DNA of 64,000 nt from the human T2T-CHM13v2.0 reference genome, Homo sapiens. The stretch lies in assembly GCF_009914755.1 (NCBI RefSeq), contig NC_060928.1. The stretch is one strand, 5' to 3'. The notes beneath the pieces are model-generated. The model ran no database searches, was not told the origin of the DNA, and was given only the letters and a program-made list of their open reading frames with translations. Positions within the stretch are counted from its first letter, which is position 1, and the number at the start of each line of letters is the position of its first letter. Made by a program: the position numbers and the translations under genes. Positions 55,471 to 64,000 of this stretch are shown piece by piece.

Positions 55471-56114
55471 AAGAACAAACATTCAGAATATAATCTAGCT
55501 CTCCAAATATCTATTGATAATTTCATCCACATGTCCCATAGGCACCTCATTATTTAATTCCATAATTACTCTTTTTTCTGTATCCCCTATGACAAAGACT
55601 ATCATCACCCATCCATGTGATTTTTTTTAATGCTCTCATAGGTGACTTACAGGTCCAGAAAAGATTATTCAGAGACTACATTTTCTTTGATGTGTGAATT
55701 TGATTTGATCCTATGAATTTGATAATATTTATTAATATGCCAAGTTAAGTCACCTTTAAATTTGTTTTAACCAGTTACTTAATTTCATTTATATATCTAT
55801 TGTACTTAAGATTTGTTTTAGAATCACTTTATGTGACTCACTAACAAATAACACCATCAGAATTACTTAATAAATTCTTAAAAATCTAGTAAATTAAACT
55901 TATGCATATGCTGAGTCTTACATTCTCTGAAATGTTGCAGTATTGTTCATATACCTAATAAAATTTTACTTTAAAATAACAAGTTTAAATCAACTATAAT
56001 TTTTACACTTTATACTAGAAATAGAAAATAATCAAAGGGAAAAAATTCTCATAAACCTAAAATAACTAATATGAACAGTTTTGTTCTCTTTACACAAAAA
56101 TATTAATATTGAGG

Positions 56115-64000
<7,886 letters not shown>

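Overview
Primate (almost certainly human) genomic DNA. It holds one complete protein-coding gene, ZNF330 (NOA36, a Cys-rich nucleolar autoantigen), on the + strand. The gene has a CpG-island promoter near 18.5-19.0 kb, a non-coding exon 1 and nine coding exons (20076-31693). I spliced these by hand into a 963-nt, 320-aa ORF, and a poly(A) signal lies at 32378. The rest is mostly transposon-derived: Alu, L1, L2/MIR, MaLR LTRs (MLT1, MST, THE1), ERVL-class LTRs (MLT2, LTR16, LTR40) and an intact solo LTR12. Most notable observations: (1) ZNF330 is tightly sandwiched between two same-orientation pieces of an LTR16A/HERV16-type provirus (5'LTR-PBS-gag start upstream; gag-pol-LTR downstream, with an overlapping gag segment). 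(2) A perfect 29-bp-arm, 6-nt-loop inverted repeat sits in non-repeat DNA at 44917-44980. (3) An 83-bp, 95%-identical direct repeat brackets the ATG exon. (4) Intron 2 has a candidate poly(A) site that would yield a 49-aa peptide carrying only the basic N-terminus. (5) A back-to-back MST/LTR12 LTR-promoter pair lies 6-8 kb upstream. Repeat subfamily names come from remembered consensus sequences, not a RepeatMasker run, and boundaries of old repeats are approximate.
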